DNA of 63,783 bases, filler included, from Hyphochytrium catenoides (taxonomy: Eukaryota; Protista; Hyphochytriomycota): the NCBI GenBank assembly GCA_900088475.1. It is 11 parts of 11 records of this genome, joined end to end, with 100 filler letters (N's around TTAATTAATTAA, not from the genome) between each part and the next. Parts side by side here need not be neighbours in the genome. Positions count along the whole stretch, not along the records: positions 1 to 8,882 come from FLMG01002907.1; positions 8,983 to 23,619 come from FLMG01004482.1; 9 more parts are not named here. One strand, written 5' to 3'. The notes under the pieces were generated by a model that saw only the letters and a list, made by a program, of their open reading frames with translations, ran no database searches and was not told where the DNA came from. The translations under genes were made by a program, and so were the position numbers. Numbering within the stretch: the stretch's first letter is position 1; each line of letters opens with the position of its first letter. This document shows, piece by piece, positions 1 to 12,152 of the stretch.

Positions 1-380
1 GCCAAGGAGAGGAAAGAGAGGCGGAGAGCAAGAAATGGCGAGAGAGTGGACAGTGAATGTATGTGGTACTCTCTCTCTCTCTTCTCTTCTTCAGCCTCAT
101 TTCCCCTCTTCCTGTGTCTCTCTCTCTCTCTCTTGGACCCTGATGTCTTTTATTGTGGACATCTCTTCTCGCTCTTGCTCTCTTCCTTTCTTGGGCTTCC
201 TTGTCTCTCTCCTCTTCCCTCTCTCTCTTTGACTCTCTCTCCATCATGGCTAATTTTTCTTTCTCTCTCTCTCATTCCCTCTCTCTGTCTTGTTCTTCCC
301 CCCTTCTTCTCTCTCTCTATCCTTTCCTCGTATCTATCCCTGGCTCTGTCTCTCTCCCTCTTTCTGTGTCTCTCTCTCCG

Positions 381-448
<68 letters not shown>

Positions 449-1130
449 GGCTCGTGACCGCTTCCAGCGAGCTCTCCTCCAGTATGGCTATGGCCGGTGG
501 TCCATTTTAAGAAAGATGACAGGCGGAAACCGTTCTCTCTCTCAACTTCTCCCGTTCGCCCGAGCTTTCATGTTACAGTTAGGGGTTTGTGCCGCTCTCT
601 CTCCCCTCCCGCAAGGGAAAGAAGAGACAGAGTTTGTCCGTCAGGCTCTGGCCGCGGCGAAGGCTGTGATGCCTTTCTATAGCGGAGCAGGAGCGGGAGG
701 AAATGTAAGTGCGGCATCTCTCTTTTTCTCTCTCTCTCTGTCTCTCTCTCTTTCTCTCTCTCCTCTCTCTCTCTCTCTCACTCTCTGACATATCGTGTGG
801 TCTCTCTTTCCCTCTCTTCCTCTCTCACTCTTCTCTCTCTCTGTCTCTTTCGCCTCTCTCTGTCTCTCTCTGTGTTATGTCGTGTGGAGAGGCATCTCAC
901 TCTCCTAGACATCTACCTGGCTGCCATTTAAAGGCTTTTCTCTTTCTCTTTCCCACGTGTGACCTGTTCTTCCGCACTCTTATCTGCTCTTCTGGATCGC
1001 TCCAGCACTGTCTCCTCTCTCTTCCCTCTCTCTCTCTCATACCATCTCTCTCTCTTCCCACTCTCCTTCCCTCTCTGTTTAGTTGAACAGCCTTCTCTCT
1101 CACGTCCCACAACGCCTTTCTCACTCGCCT

Positions 1131-1163
<33 letters not shown>

Positions 1164-2439
1164 AGACATCCTCTCCTAAGCTGCCTGCGGTTCTGCAAGA
1201 TGAAGACTTTCTCTCCAAGCTACGGCAGGGAGGCGCGAGGAGAGCGCTGGGAAGAATCGACGTTCTTCTTCGACTGCAGAAACTGGTAGAAGATGCATGT
1301 AACAAAGTGATAGAGAGAGAGAGAAAGAAGAGTCCGTCTGGTCTTCTCTCTCTCCTCTCTCCTTCTCCCTCCTTCTCTGCGGCTGGCCAGAAAGAGGGAG
1401 AGAAGGAGAAAGAGAAGAAAAGAGAGGACGAGTCTCTCTCTACGCCGACGCCTCCTACTATGTCTCCTGCTTTACCAGGAGGAGAGGGAGAAGCACAAAA
1501 TGAAGGGAAAGAGAGAGAGAAAGAGAAAGAAGAGACCGGCAAAAAGAGAGAAGATGACGGAAAACAGCGAGAGAAAGAGAAAGAGAGGACCGTTCGAGCC
1601 ATGGATACAGAGAACATGACACTGGAAGAGAAGTTTACCCTTCTTCCTCCTGCGGCCGTGGCTCTCTCTCTCTCTCTCCCCGAGAGAAAGAAGAGACCGC
1701 CCTGGACTCTTCTCTCTCCCTGGTGGGACGATACCTGTGATCGTCATCTACTCCTGGGGGTCTTCAAACACGGCTATGGGCGTTATCCTATGATTCAAGC
1801 TGATGAAGAACTCTGTTTCTTTTCAAAGTTGCAGGAAGGGAGAGAGAGAGAGAAAGAGAAGAAGAGAGAGGAGGAAGAGAAAGAAGGGGAGAGAGAGGAG
1901 ACAAAGGGAGAGATGAAGAGAGAGCCCGAGACGGAGAAAAAGAAGGACCAGGAGCAAGAAAGAGAAGAGAAAGAGGAGACGAAAGTGAAGGAGGAGAAGA
2001 TGGCGGAAGAGGGAGAAGAAAAGGGTGAAGAGAGAGAGACAAAGGAAGAAAACACAGTGGAGTCTCCCAACAAAGAGGCGAAAGATGAGAAGCAAGTGGA
2101 GACCCAGACAGGGGAAGAAAAGCCAAAAGAAGGAGAGAAAGAGGGAGAGCAGACACCCAAAGAAGAAGAGAGAAAGATGCCTGAAGTTCAGGCCCTGAAT
2201 AGACTCTTTCTCTGGCTGGTCACGGGAGGAGGAGCAGGCGGAGCTCCAAAGAAGAAAGGAGAAGAGAAAGGCGGGAAAGATGCTGGGACGGTAAGACCTG
2301 ATTGGGCTCTTGCTCTTCTCTCTCTCTTCTCTCTCTCTGTCTTCCCTTTTTCTTCTTCACTGTTCTTGCCCTCTCTTAGACAGACGTGCTGTCAGTGCCG
2401 TAGGCCCTTTGGAATCTTATTGAATGTCGGTTTCCTCTC

Positions 2440-2505
<66 letters not shown>

Positions 2506-3407
2506 CTCTGGCTCGCTTTGTCTCCTATTCTTCAATGCTCTCTCTCACATTCTTTCCTCCCTTAAATTCTGCTCGAGGTGAGATCCCTTTTTACCTCGTT
2601 CTTCTCCTTGGGAGGGACTTGCTATGACACCTTCCAGGGCTGACGTTCTCTTTCTCTCTCTCTTTCTCTCTCTCTGTCTCCCTCTCTCTCCAGTCTCTCC
2701 AGCACCGTCAGCAGCAAATGTCTCGTCATCTGCAGGAGGCAAACTCCCAATTTTCCGACCGCCAGCAGCTCAAGTCTTCAGCTCTTCTCTCTCTCGCGAA
2801 GAGAGAACTGGAAAGGAGAGAGAGAGAGAAAGCGGAGAAAGAGAAAAGAGATCTTTCAGATCTCCCCGCTCTCCTCATCAGGCCAGAGGAATGGTCTCGT
2901 CCTCCAACAGAGTGGAGGAGAGAAGAGAGAAAGCTCTTCTGCCATGCAATCACTGCCTTGGGAGAACCTCCAGGAGAAAAAGAGAGAAGAGAAGCTAACT
3001 TCCTCTCTCTCTCTTGGGCGGACATTGCGAGGAAGGCAGGGATCAAGAAGAATGGACGAGAGAGTTCTGCTTATTATTATGACAAGTTTCTCCCGCACTG
3101 TCTCTCTCTCGCCGTACGGCTGCAAACGGAAGGAGAGACAGAAGAGAGAGAGAACAAAGAGGGAGAGAAAGAGGAAGTCGACTTCATTGACCCTCTCTCT
3201 CCTCTCTCTTCTCACTCTCTCTCTGCCTGCCGTCTCGCGGCTCTCTGTTACAAGAGACTCAGACTCTACCGCGCAGCCTTCTACTGCCTGAGAGAAGAGA
3301 GAGAGAGAATGGAAAAGTTTCTCCGTTCTAAAGAGGGAAGAAGAGTGGAAGATGTCCCTGTCTGGTGGTAAGTGAGAGGGAAAGAGAGCTCGTGACGAGA
3401 GAGAGAA

Positions 3408-3445
<38 letters not shown>

Positions 3446-4627
3446 GATATGTCAGAGAGTGGAAGAGGACTTGAATGGGAGACAGAGAACAGAGAGAAAC
3501 AGAAGAAAAGAGAGAGTCTGAGAGAGAACGTGACAAAGAGAGACAGAGATGGGGAGAGAGACGCGGAGAGGAGGAGAGAGCACGAAGAGGGGGAGGGAGA
3601 GACAGAGGGAGAAAGAGAGAGAGAAGCACGTAGCGACAGGGAGAGTCGAGAGATACGGGAAGATCAAACGATTCCTTTGACAAACAAACATTCACACACT
3701 CTCTCTTTCTATATTCTCTTTTTCTCTCTCTCTCTCTCTTTCCCCCTCGTCCTTCCTTTCTCTTCCGTCTCTCTCTCTCTCTTTAGGTGTCCGTGGGTCC
3801 ATGACCGTGCTCTAGTGGAAGGCGCAGTGAAGCACGGTGTCTCGGCGTGGAAAGCAGTCCGGAATGACTCTCTCTCTCCTCTTCACAAAGGAAAAGTCCG
3901 TCGCCTTATAAAGTTTGCTTTTCTGAGAGGAAAGGGAGAGACTTCTCTCTCTTCTTCTCTCTCTCCTGCGGCTGCAGGTGTCTTTTACACCCAGGGACAG
4001 GCTTCTCTCTGGGCAAAGAGAGAGGAAGATCTCTTCCCCTCTCGAGATACGCTGGAGTTTCATCTTCACTCCCTTCTCTCTTCTCTCACCTCTTCTCTTA
4101 CCTTTGCCAACGCTGCATTTATGCCCAAGCCAGAGAAAGAGAGAGAGAGAGAGAAAGGAGTCAACGTCTCTCTCTCTCATCTGGAGCACCGGTCGGGCCC
4201 TCTGACGCCGCGGCAGCAGGAGTTTAAGCGTCTGCAAGTCTTTTTGGCAGACTCAAAAGAGAGGAGAAAGAGGTTCCTGCAGGTATGACTGGTTCTTCTT
4301 GGCTCTCTCTCTCTCTCTCTCTTTTCTCAAGTGTGCTCTCCTCTTTTTATGCGCTCGCTTTTGTACTCTCTCTCTCTCTCGTTCACCCCTCTCGCTGTCC
4401 CTTTATCTCTTTCTCAACTCTCTCTGCTTTCTCTCTCTCTCTTTCCTATCTCGTAGCCGTTCTTTCCCTCTTTTTATGGTTTCCTCTCTCTTGTCTCTTC
4501 TCTCCTCTCTCTCTTCCTCTTTTGGGTAGCTCTGTCCTTCCTCTCTTGCTTACTTTGGCCTTCACCCTTTCCTCGCCCTTTCTTTATTTGCTTCGGTTCA
4601 TTCCTTCACTAAATCTTCTATCTCTGA

Positions 4628-4662
<35 letters not shown>

Positions 4663-4770
4663 CACGCTTCCTAGGGCGCCACTGCGAGCATCCTCCCTCG
4701 TCCTCCTTCTCCTGTGAAGCACGAGGCACAACAACCAGTTGAGACAGAAAGTATGGAAGTAGAAGAATAA
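1..4770 (+). CDS. CHD6-9 (CHD7/Kismet)-like chromatin remodeller, C-terminal part; exons <1-58, 450-704, 1166-2290, 2694-3367, 3787-4282, 4675-4770
   Basis: GT-AG exons join in phase. Motifs WTVN|ARDRFQRALLQYGYGRW, PWWDDTCDRHLLLGVFKHGYGRYPMIQADEELCF and VPVW|WCPWVHDRALVEGAVKHG resemble the SANT/SLIDE-like C-terminal regions of CHD7-family proteins. Stop TAA at 4768-4770. Confidence 0.85.
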
Positions 4771-5568
4771 GATGAGCCAGAGTTAGAGAGGAGAGAGAGA
4801 GAGAGAAATAGGAAAGGAAAGAAAGAGAGAGAGATCGACTGGACGAGAGAGAGAGAAGCAAGAGAGAAGAGTGTGGATATTCTGCTGTGTGGGCCGCGGT
4901 TCCGCTGTACTTTTAGCTAAATATAAAGGCCGTGGATGTGTTTTGGCGATCTCTTTCCTCTCTCAGTTTCTCTCTCTCTCTCTCTTTCCCAACTGTATCT
5001 CTCGCGCATCTATCTTCCGCCTTCCTTCATTTCCTGTGTCCCTCCCCTCCCTCTCATCAGCCGCCATCCCTCTCTCTCTCACCTGAATATTACTGCTATT
5101 GGTCTCTCTCTCTCTCCCTTAGTCAATTTACAACTATTTCCTTCCTCTCTCTCTTTCTCTTCTTTCTTTTTTCTCTCTCTCTCTCCTCTCTATTTCGCGT
5201 ATGCGCTCTCTCTCTCTTCTTTTTTTTCTCTCTCTCTCTCCTCTCTATTTCCCGCAGCCTCTTTCTCTCTCTCTCTCTCTCAGACATTTCTCATGTCATC
5301 TGTTCCTTTCACCCATCTTTTACTGCTCATTCAGTGCTATTTATATCTTAGGCCAGTAGAGAGAAGAGAGAGAAAGAAAGAGAGAGAGAAGGAGAGAAAG
5401 AGCACAAGCCAGAAGAGGAAGAAGAGTGCCAGCGGGCAATTACAGAGGACAACAGCCATATTTGTGCCCGAAAGGAGAGAGAGAGAGAGAAGGTGCGAGA
5501 GAGAACATCGCATTAGGTAGAAAGATAAGCAAATAGAGAGGAAAGTAAGAGAGAGAGAGAGAGAGAAA

Positions 5569-5733
5569 CTACTGTTTGAGGTGAGCAGGTCTGGCCATTC
5601 TGGCTCCTTCTCTGTCTGCCTCTTCTACGAGGTCGTCCTGCTGAGCGCAGACGCGAAGAACTTCTTTCTTGCTTGTCTCTTGCAACTCTCCGCCAATAAA
5701 CAGCTCGTCCAGTATATAATACGCCTGAGAGAC

Positions 5734-5765
<32 letters not shown>

Positions 5766-6638
5766 GGAAAGAGAGAGAGACGGAGGGAGAGAGAGAGGGA
5801 GAAAGAAAGGGAGAGAAAAGAGAGACAGAGAGAGAGAAAGAAAGAGAGAGAGAGAGAACGGGAGAGAGAGAGAGAGGGAGAAAGGAAAGAGAGAGAAAAA
5901 GAGGGACAGAGGGAGAGAGAGAGAAAGGGAAAAAAGAGAGAGAGAGAGACAGAGAGAGAGAAAAAGAGAGAGAGAGAGGAAAAGAGGGAGTAAGGGGAGA
6001 AGAAAGAGAAAGAGGACGAAAGAGAAAGGTGGGCCGCAGGACACAACAGGAGCAGAAGCAAGAGACAATGTGCGATGGTGTTTCGGAAGAGTAAGGAAAG
6101 AGAGAAAGAGAGAGAGAGAGAGAGAGTAAGTGAGAAAGAGGGAGAGAGAGAGAAAAATGAGGAGAGATAAGGCTCAAAAGTCAGGGACAACACGCAGTAA
6201 CTTACAGAATAAAAAAGAGACCGAGACAACCATGAAGATGACAAGCACAAAGAGAGGAAAAAAGAGAGAAAGAGAAGAAGAGAAAAAGAGAAGAAGAGAA
6301 AAAGAGAGAGAGACAAAAAGAGGAGAGTAAAAGAGAGGGACAACAGACCTAATAGACAACAAAGAGGGAAGAGAGAGAACGAGCCGCGTGAGGTAAGGAT
6401 ACCCAGCACATGAACAGGCAAGAAAACAGGAGCAGGGAAGAGAAAATAGAAAAAGGAAGAGGAGAGAGAGAGAGAGACAGAGAGAGAGACAGACGATAGG
6501 AGATTGGTTGCGCCCTACCTTGTGGAAGTTGAAAATTATATCCAGCTCACAGACCTTTTAGGACAAAATGCCAGGTACGAGGAGGCAGAGGAGGAAGGAA
6601 AGAGAATGAGACAGAGAGAGAGAAAAAGAGAGAAAGAA

Positions 6639-6673
<35 letters not shown>

Positions 6674-7191
6674 AAACGAGACAGACAGTGGCGTTACCGG
6701 GCAAAATGAGAGAGAGAGACAACGGAAAATGGTCGCCAGGCAGTTAAAGGACAAGCAAAACGACGAGGCAAAGAAAGGAAAGAAAGAGAGAGAAAGACGA
6801 GAGAAGACAGAGAGGCAAGATATTAGGTCGAGAAAACCAAAAGAGAGAAACGAAAGAAGAGGTCGCGGTTTGGTAATGACGAGCAAAGCCGAAGAAACAG
6901 AAGCAGGGAGAGAGAGAGAGATAAAGTAGTAAGAGACGAGTAAACTGTGCCCCCTCTCTCTCTCTGTCTCTTTTTCTCTTTCTCTCTCTCTTTTCTCGCA
7001 CCCATTACAGTCTTGACCATCGTTTCTCACAGCACACTTTGTCTCTTTGTCTCTCGCCCCCTCTCTCTCTCTCTTTTTCCTTTCTCTCTCTCTTTCTTCT
7101 CTCCCCCCTTCCTCCGTTCTCTCTCTCCCTCTCTTTCTTTCTCCCTCCCCCCTTCCTCCGTTCTCTCTCTCTCTCTCTCTCTTTCTCCCTC

Positions 7192-7239
<48 letters not shown>

Positions 7240-7377
7240 GGATGAGTGTCTTCTGTGTTCTTACATTGCCAAAGTATCGGTCTAGCACTTCGACGAAGAG
7301 ATGAATTTTCTCCAAGGTGATGAGCTCGTTGTCGTTGTTGCTGATGCAAGTGATGAAGAACAGACTGGCATATCTGT

Positions 7378-7445
<68 letters not shown>

Positions 7446-7761
7446 AAGAGACAGAAAGAGAGTGAGAGAGAAAACACTGTTAGCGACCCTTCTTTCGCAC
7501 TTAACAGGCTACCTTTGAGGGGAAGCCTTAGGTCGTTTCAGTATGTTGTTACGAATCTCTCTTTCTCTTTCTCTCTCCTCTCTAAACGTCTCTCTTTCTC
7601 TCTCTCTCTGTCCCCTTTTCTGTGCCCAGACATTTTTCAATTCATATTTTCTTACTTTCTCTCTCTCCGTCTCTCTTTCATTGGCGCTCACCCTTTTGCC
7701 TTCTCCGTCACGCCGCCTATACCCAATCTTCTTACCCATCTGTTTCTCTGCATGTCTCCAA

Positions 7762-7792
<31 letters not shown>

Positions 7793-8113
7793 TTCTCTTC
7801 TTCTTTCTCTCGCCCTCTTCTCTCTCTCCTACTCGGTTTTCTACCAATTCTGCTTTTAATTCTCTCTCTCTCTCTCTCTCTTTTTCTCTTTTTCTTTTTC
7901 TCTCTCTCTCTCTCTCTTTCTCTCACCTTTTATAGACAATCTTCTTGGTCTTTCCACTCAATAAAGTTGCATTGTTTCTGTGGTCGGGAGAGAACAATGC
8001 CCGCGACCTCTTTCTGAATTCTTCCTCTCTCTTTCACGCTGAACTGCCCGTACCACTTCGTCAGCCGAACCTTGCCCTGACGGCTCACTAACAGGAGGAA
8101 CTCAATCTATCGG

Positions 8114-8163
<50 letters not shown>

Positions 8164-8233
8164 NNNNNNNNNNNNNNNAGGGGGGGGCGCCGGAGTTGGA
8201 GAGAGAGGGGAGAGGAAGAAATGAAGAGAGAGG

Positions 8234-8267
<34 letters not shown>

Positions 8268-8683
8268 AGAGAAAGAGAGAGGAAAGACAAGGAGATGAAA
8301 AGAGACAGAGAGAGAGAGAGAGAGAGAGAGGAAGTGGGGGCGACGAAAAAGAGAGAGAGGGTGAAAGGGAGAGAAGTGTTTAGGGATTAGTAGACAGGTA
8401 GGGAACTGAGAAGTCTATTGGGTAGAGAAAGGGAACAAGCAAGGACAATGGAGAGAAAGAAAGAAAGAAAAGAGAGAGAGAGAGAGAGAGAGTGAGAGTG
8501 AGAGAGAAGAGAGAGAAAGAAGATCATACCACCGCACCAGGAAGGGAAATAGGACAAGACATATGGAGAAGAGCAGGCCAGGGAGAGCAAGAGAGAGAGG
8601 AACAGAGGAAGAGAGGGAGAAGTGAGAGAGAAAAAAGAGAAAAGAAGAGAGAGAAACTGAGGTTCGCTGCCTCTGCGTACCAT
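5569..8683 (-). CDS. AP1S1: AP-1 adaptor complex sigma subunit; exons 8681-8683 (ATG only), 7927-8106, 7265-7373, 6519-6554, 5569-5724; apparent +1 frameshift near 7947
   Basis: M|[19 protein letters not shown]...R|YASLFF...[23 protein letters not shown]|[12 protein letters not shown]|[23 protein letters not shown] is the clathrin-adaptor sigma-1 signature. Confidence 0.93.
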
Positions 8684-8882
8684 CGCAAACTCTATGCAGA
8701 CAACGTTTTAAGGTCTGACCAGTCTCCAGGAAAGAAAGGATCTGACTGAGGCGAGTCTCTCTCTCTCTCTGTCTCTCTGCTGCTCTGTTTTCTACTTCTT
8801 GTGCGTCTCTTTTCGGCTTCCGATCAAAACGGAAACTTGTCGATAGAAAGGTGTTTCCTTTTCTCTCTCTCTCTCTCTCTCT

Positions 8883-8982
8883 NNNNNNNNNNNNNNNNNN
8901 NNNNNNNNNNNNNNNNNNNNNNNNNNTTAATTAATTAANNNNNNNNNNNNNNNNNNNNNNNNNNNNNNNNNNNNNNNNNNNN
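8883..8982. other. Artificial scaffold-gap linker; also at ~23620, 34968, 39426, 47377, 53149, 54487, 56148, 59656, 61769
   Basis: Identical N-run + TTAATTAATTAA + N-run blocks of about 100 nt, giving stops in all six frames. Confidence 0.97.
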
Positions 8983-9229
8983 GAGAGAGAGAGAGGAGAA
9001 AATAAAGGAATCCGGAGATAGAGACAGACAAGTAAGAGATCCCTAGGGAAGAGAAAAGGCAACGAAGAGAAAGCGGAAAGATAAAAGTGAAGAGAACTGA
9101 GAGAGAAACAGAGGAGTTGGGAAGAAGATTACCATATGAGCGTAATAGGGACACGGAGAGCGAGAGAGCGAGAGCGAGAGAGCGAGAGCGAGAGAGAGAG
9201 AGAGAGAGAGAGAGACTGACAGGACATAC

Positions 9230-11065
9230 ATGAAGCACTTGAGCTATAATATCTCTCTGGAGCGGCTCGTTGTATAGTCTCTCTGCGGCCGACATCTCGC
9301 TCACGAGTGCCTCCTGACGGAAAGCACGCGCCTCCTTTCTCATTTGTGAGACGAGACGAGAGGGAGTGACGGCACGCCGCTCAAGCTGCAGAGAGAGAAG
9401 TAAGTCTCGCTAGTTTTGTGACAGGCGAACGAGAAAGGTACGCCAAAGCTTAGGGAACACCAAACAAGGCAGCAAAAATAGAGAAGAGAGAGAGAGAGAA
9501 GGAGAGAGAGAGGAAGGAGCGAGAGAGAGAGGGAGGAGTGAGAGAGAGAGGGAGGAGTGAGAGAGAAAAGAGAAAGAGAAGGAGAGAGATGAAGGGAGAG
9601 ATAGAGAAAGAGACACACACAGAGAAAAAGAGAGAGAGAGAGGGAGGGGGGGGGGGAGGGACGACGAGGAAAGGGCTGGAGTCTTCGTCGTTCTTTCGGT
9701 CATTGTTTAACTATCAAGCTCAAGCTCTCTCTCTTTTCTCTTCGATATGTCAAAGGGGATGGGCTTGTTCCATTCACCTGCGATCTCTGAGGAGACGGCG
9801 TCTCTAGGGCTTGATGCTTCTCAGCTTTCTCACTCTCCTTCAGTAGAAGGTCATAGGCAGAGAGACACTGACTACCGTCTCCCGTCTCTTTCTCTCTCTT
9901 GACCTGATCTTTCCGTCGCTCCTTAGCCCGCTCTTTCTCCCCTTCCTCTTCTTCTTCATTCTTGGGGCCGTTAGCCCTTCCAACAGCTTCCAAAAGAGAG
10001 ATGAACTTGTGACCAGACAGGAAGGAGAGAGAGAGTGAGATTAGACAGGCAAAGAGAGGCCATTAGACTTGATTGCTGGCTTTAGTTTGGCGGACCCGAC
10101 ATCGAAAAAAATGGGAGAGGATGATGACTAGGGAGCCACAAAGCTGTGATAGATAGATCAGGAAAGGAAGAGAAACAGAAACAGACAGACAAAGAGACAA
10201 AGAAACAGAGAGAGAGAGAGGCACAGAGAGAGATGGACACACGAAAGGGAAGAGGTACACAGAGAGAGAGACACACACACAGAGACAGACAGAGAGGAGA
10301 AATCAGAGGCTGACAGGCGTTATAAGACCCACATTGAGGAACAGATCAGCAGCATACCTCTTCAGCAGTGATAAACTCTGTGTCACTAGCTTCTGGAGAG
10401 AGAGAGGGATGAAGAGAGAATGAGCAAGGATCAAGACCCAGAGCGTGAAAGACTTCGGTCAGGCGCCGCTTCTCCAGCACTCCTACTCCCTGCCTGGTAT
10501 ACGANNNNNNNNNNNNNNNNNNNNNNNNNNNNNNNNNNNNNNNNNNNNNNNNNNNNNNNNNNNNNNNNNNNNNNNNNNNNNNNNNNNNNNNNNNNNNNNN
10601 NNNNNNNNNNNNNNNNNNNGAAGGGACAAAAGAGCTTAAGTCTAAGAACTCAGCACTATTCTCAGCCAAAGACGGGAAGAAGCCTGATACAGTTATGTAT
10701 ATGGGGAGAGAGAGAGTGTCGACGAGAAGGGAGGAGAGACTCTGTTGACTACGGAGGAACGTAGACAGAGTGGCGCAAGGGAAGAGGGGCCGAGAGAGAA
10801 GAGAGATAGAGAGAAGACAGAGCGAGAGACAACTTTTGGAAAAGAAGAGCACAAAGGGAGAGATTACTCTCTGCGTCTTCTCAATCTCTTCCGGCGGCCC
10901 ATGGTCCCCTCTCACTGGCAGTACTGGCGGCTTACGAAGTGCAGAAAGAGAGATGGATTTCTTTCTTCTCTCTTTTTCTCTCTCCTTGTTGCTGAGTGCG
11001 CTGCAAAGCGCACGGGTTTGCTGTTCCACATCTTTCCAGCTGGACCCTCCCCTTGCGCCTAGCAT
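9230..11065 (-). CDS. Uncharacterised multi-exon protein with a degenerate EF-hand pair (partial; runs into gap)
   Basis: Phase-0 joins ...SDTEFITAEE|FISLLEAV... (10358/10005) and ...QRSQ|LERRAVTPS... (9778/~9385). YTRQGVGVLEKRRLTEVFHALGLDP resembles a calmodulin/centrin helix-loop-helix. Start uncertain. Confidence 0.55.
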
Positions 11066-11516
11066 CTTGTCTCTCTCTCTCAGACAAGCTTACGCTTCAG
11101 ACGCCCACCGTCCAAAGGATCCTACATTGGCGTCAGCCTTCCTGTTTTCTCAAGACCTATCGACCTGTCTTCTTCCTTTCAGACCTTGCTACTTTCATCC
11201 TCTCCGTGTTTTCATTCCTCTCCCTCCTCTTTCAAAATCCTCTGCCATGCGCAGGGAGACATTCTTCTTCCATCCTTGGCCCGAGAAGAGCTGCTGGGTC
11301 ACTCGCTTGTGTCCCCAATTGTTGACCAGAGGGTAGGGAGCTTCCCCTCCATGACCTGTCCTTGTCAATGAATCTCTGACTCTCTTCCTTCGGCGCTCGC
11401 TCTTCCCCTCACTTCCTCATCCTCATTTACCTTTTTCTCGTAGTTTTTCCCTCCCTTAGACCTCCCTTTTCTCTGTGCAGTCTCTCTCTCTCTCTCTCTG
11501 TCTCTGTTTCTGTCTC

Positions 11517-11563
<47 letters not shown>

Positions 11564-12152
11564 CTCGCTCTCTCTTCTCTCACTCTCTCTCTCTTTCTCT
11601 CTCCTCTCTCTCTCTCTCTTCTTTCTTTCTCTCTCTCACTCTCTCTCTCTCTCTCTCATGGTCCTTGCCTCTCATCTACCTTCTTCCATTCATCATCATC
11701 AAGGTACAATGGGCGTTTCAAAGCTTCTATGATTATCGCGTATAGATCAAATAATCAGTAACTGAGCTTAGTCCTTGTAATTCCTGGAAGAGAAGAGACT
11801 GGGAGTTGTTTTGCCAAGAGTCAAAGATCTTCCCATGGTTCTCCATAATAACAAATCTCTGCTGGGCCCTTCCAGAGACTGAGACGCAGATCGTGTGCCT
11901 TCTATGCAAGCAGGACGGCGGACGGAGACTGCCCTTGTATGTCAAAGCTGCATCAAACCATTTTACCGGTCCTCTATGCAGGGCTTGTCCAGCTATCAGA
12001 GGCACATGACGTCGAGTGAGGAGCTTACTAATAGTCTTGGCATGTATAGCCCGACTGTCTTGCCTGGCAATACCCGTGGAGACCATCCTAGTCGCAATTC
12101 TTGAGGCTTCGTCATTATAAGGAGGTCATTGAACTTTAAAGCTTCCTGAAAG

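Noticed and set aside
8927-8938. Recurrent TTAATTAATTAA palindrome as a biological repeat, CRISPR-like unit or transposon target
   Set aside because: It is always centred in fixed-length N runs, so it is an artificial six-frame-stop linker.
11733-12086. 117-aa minus-strand ORF upstream of VPS51
   Set aside because: No recognisable motif or splice link to neighbours. It lies in a probable promoter interval.
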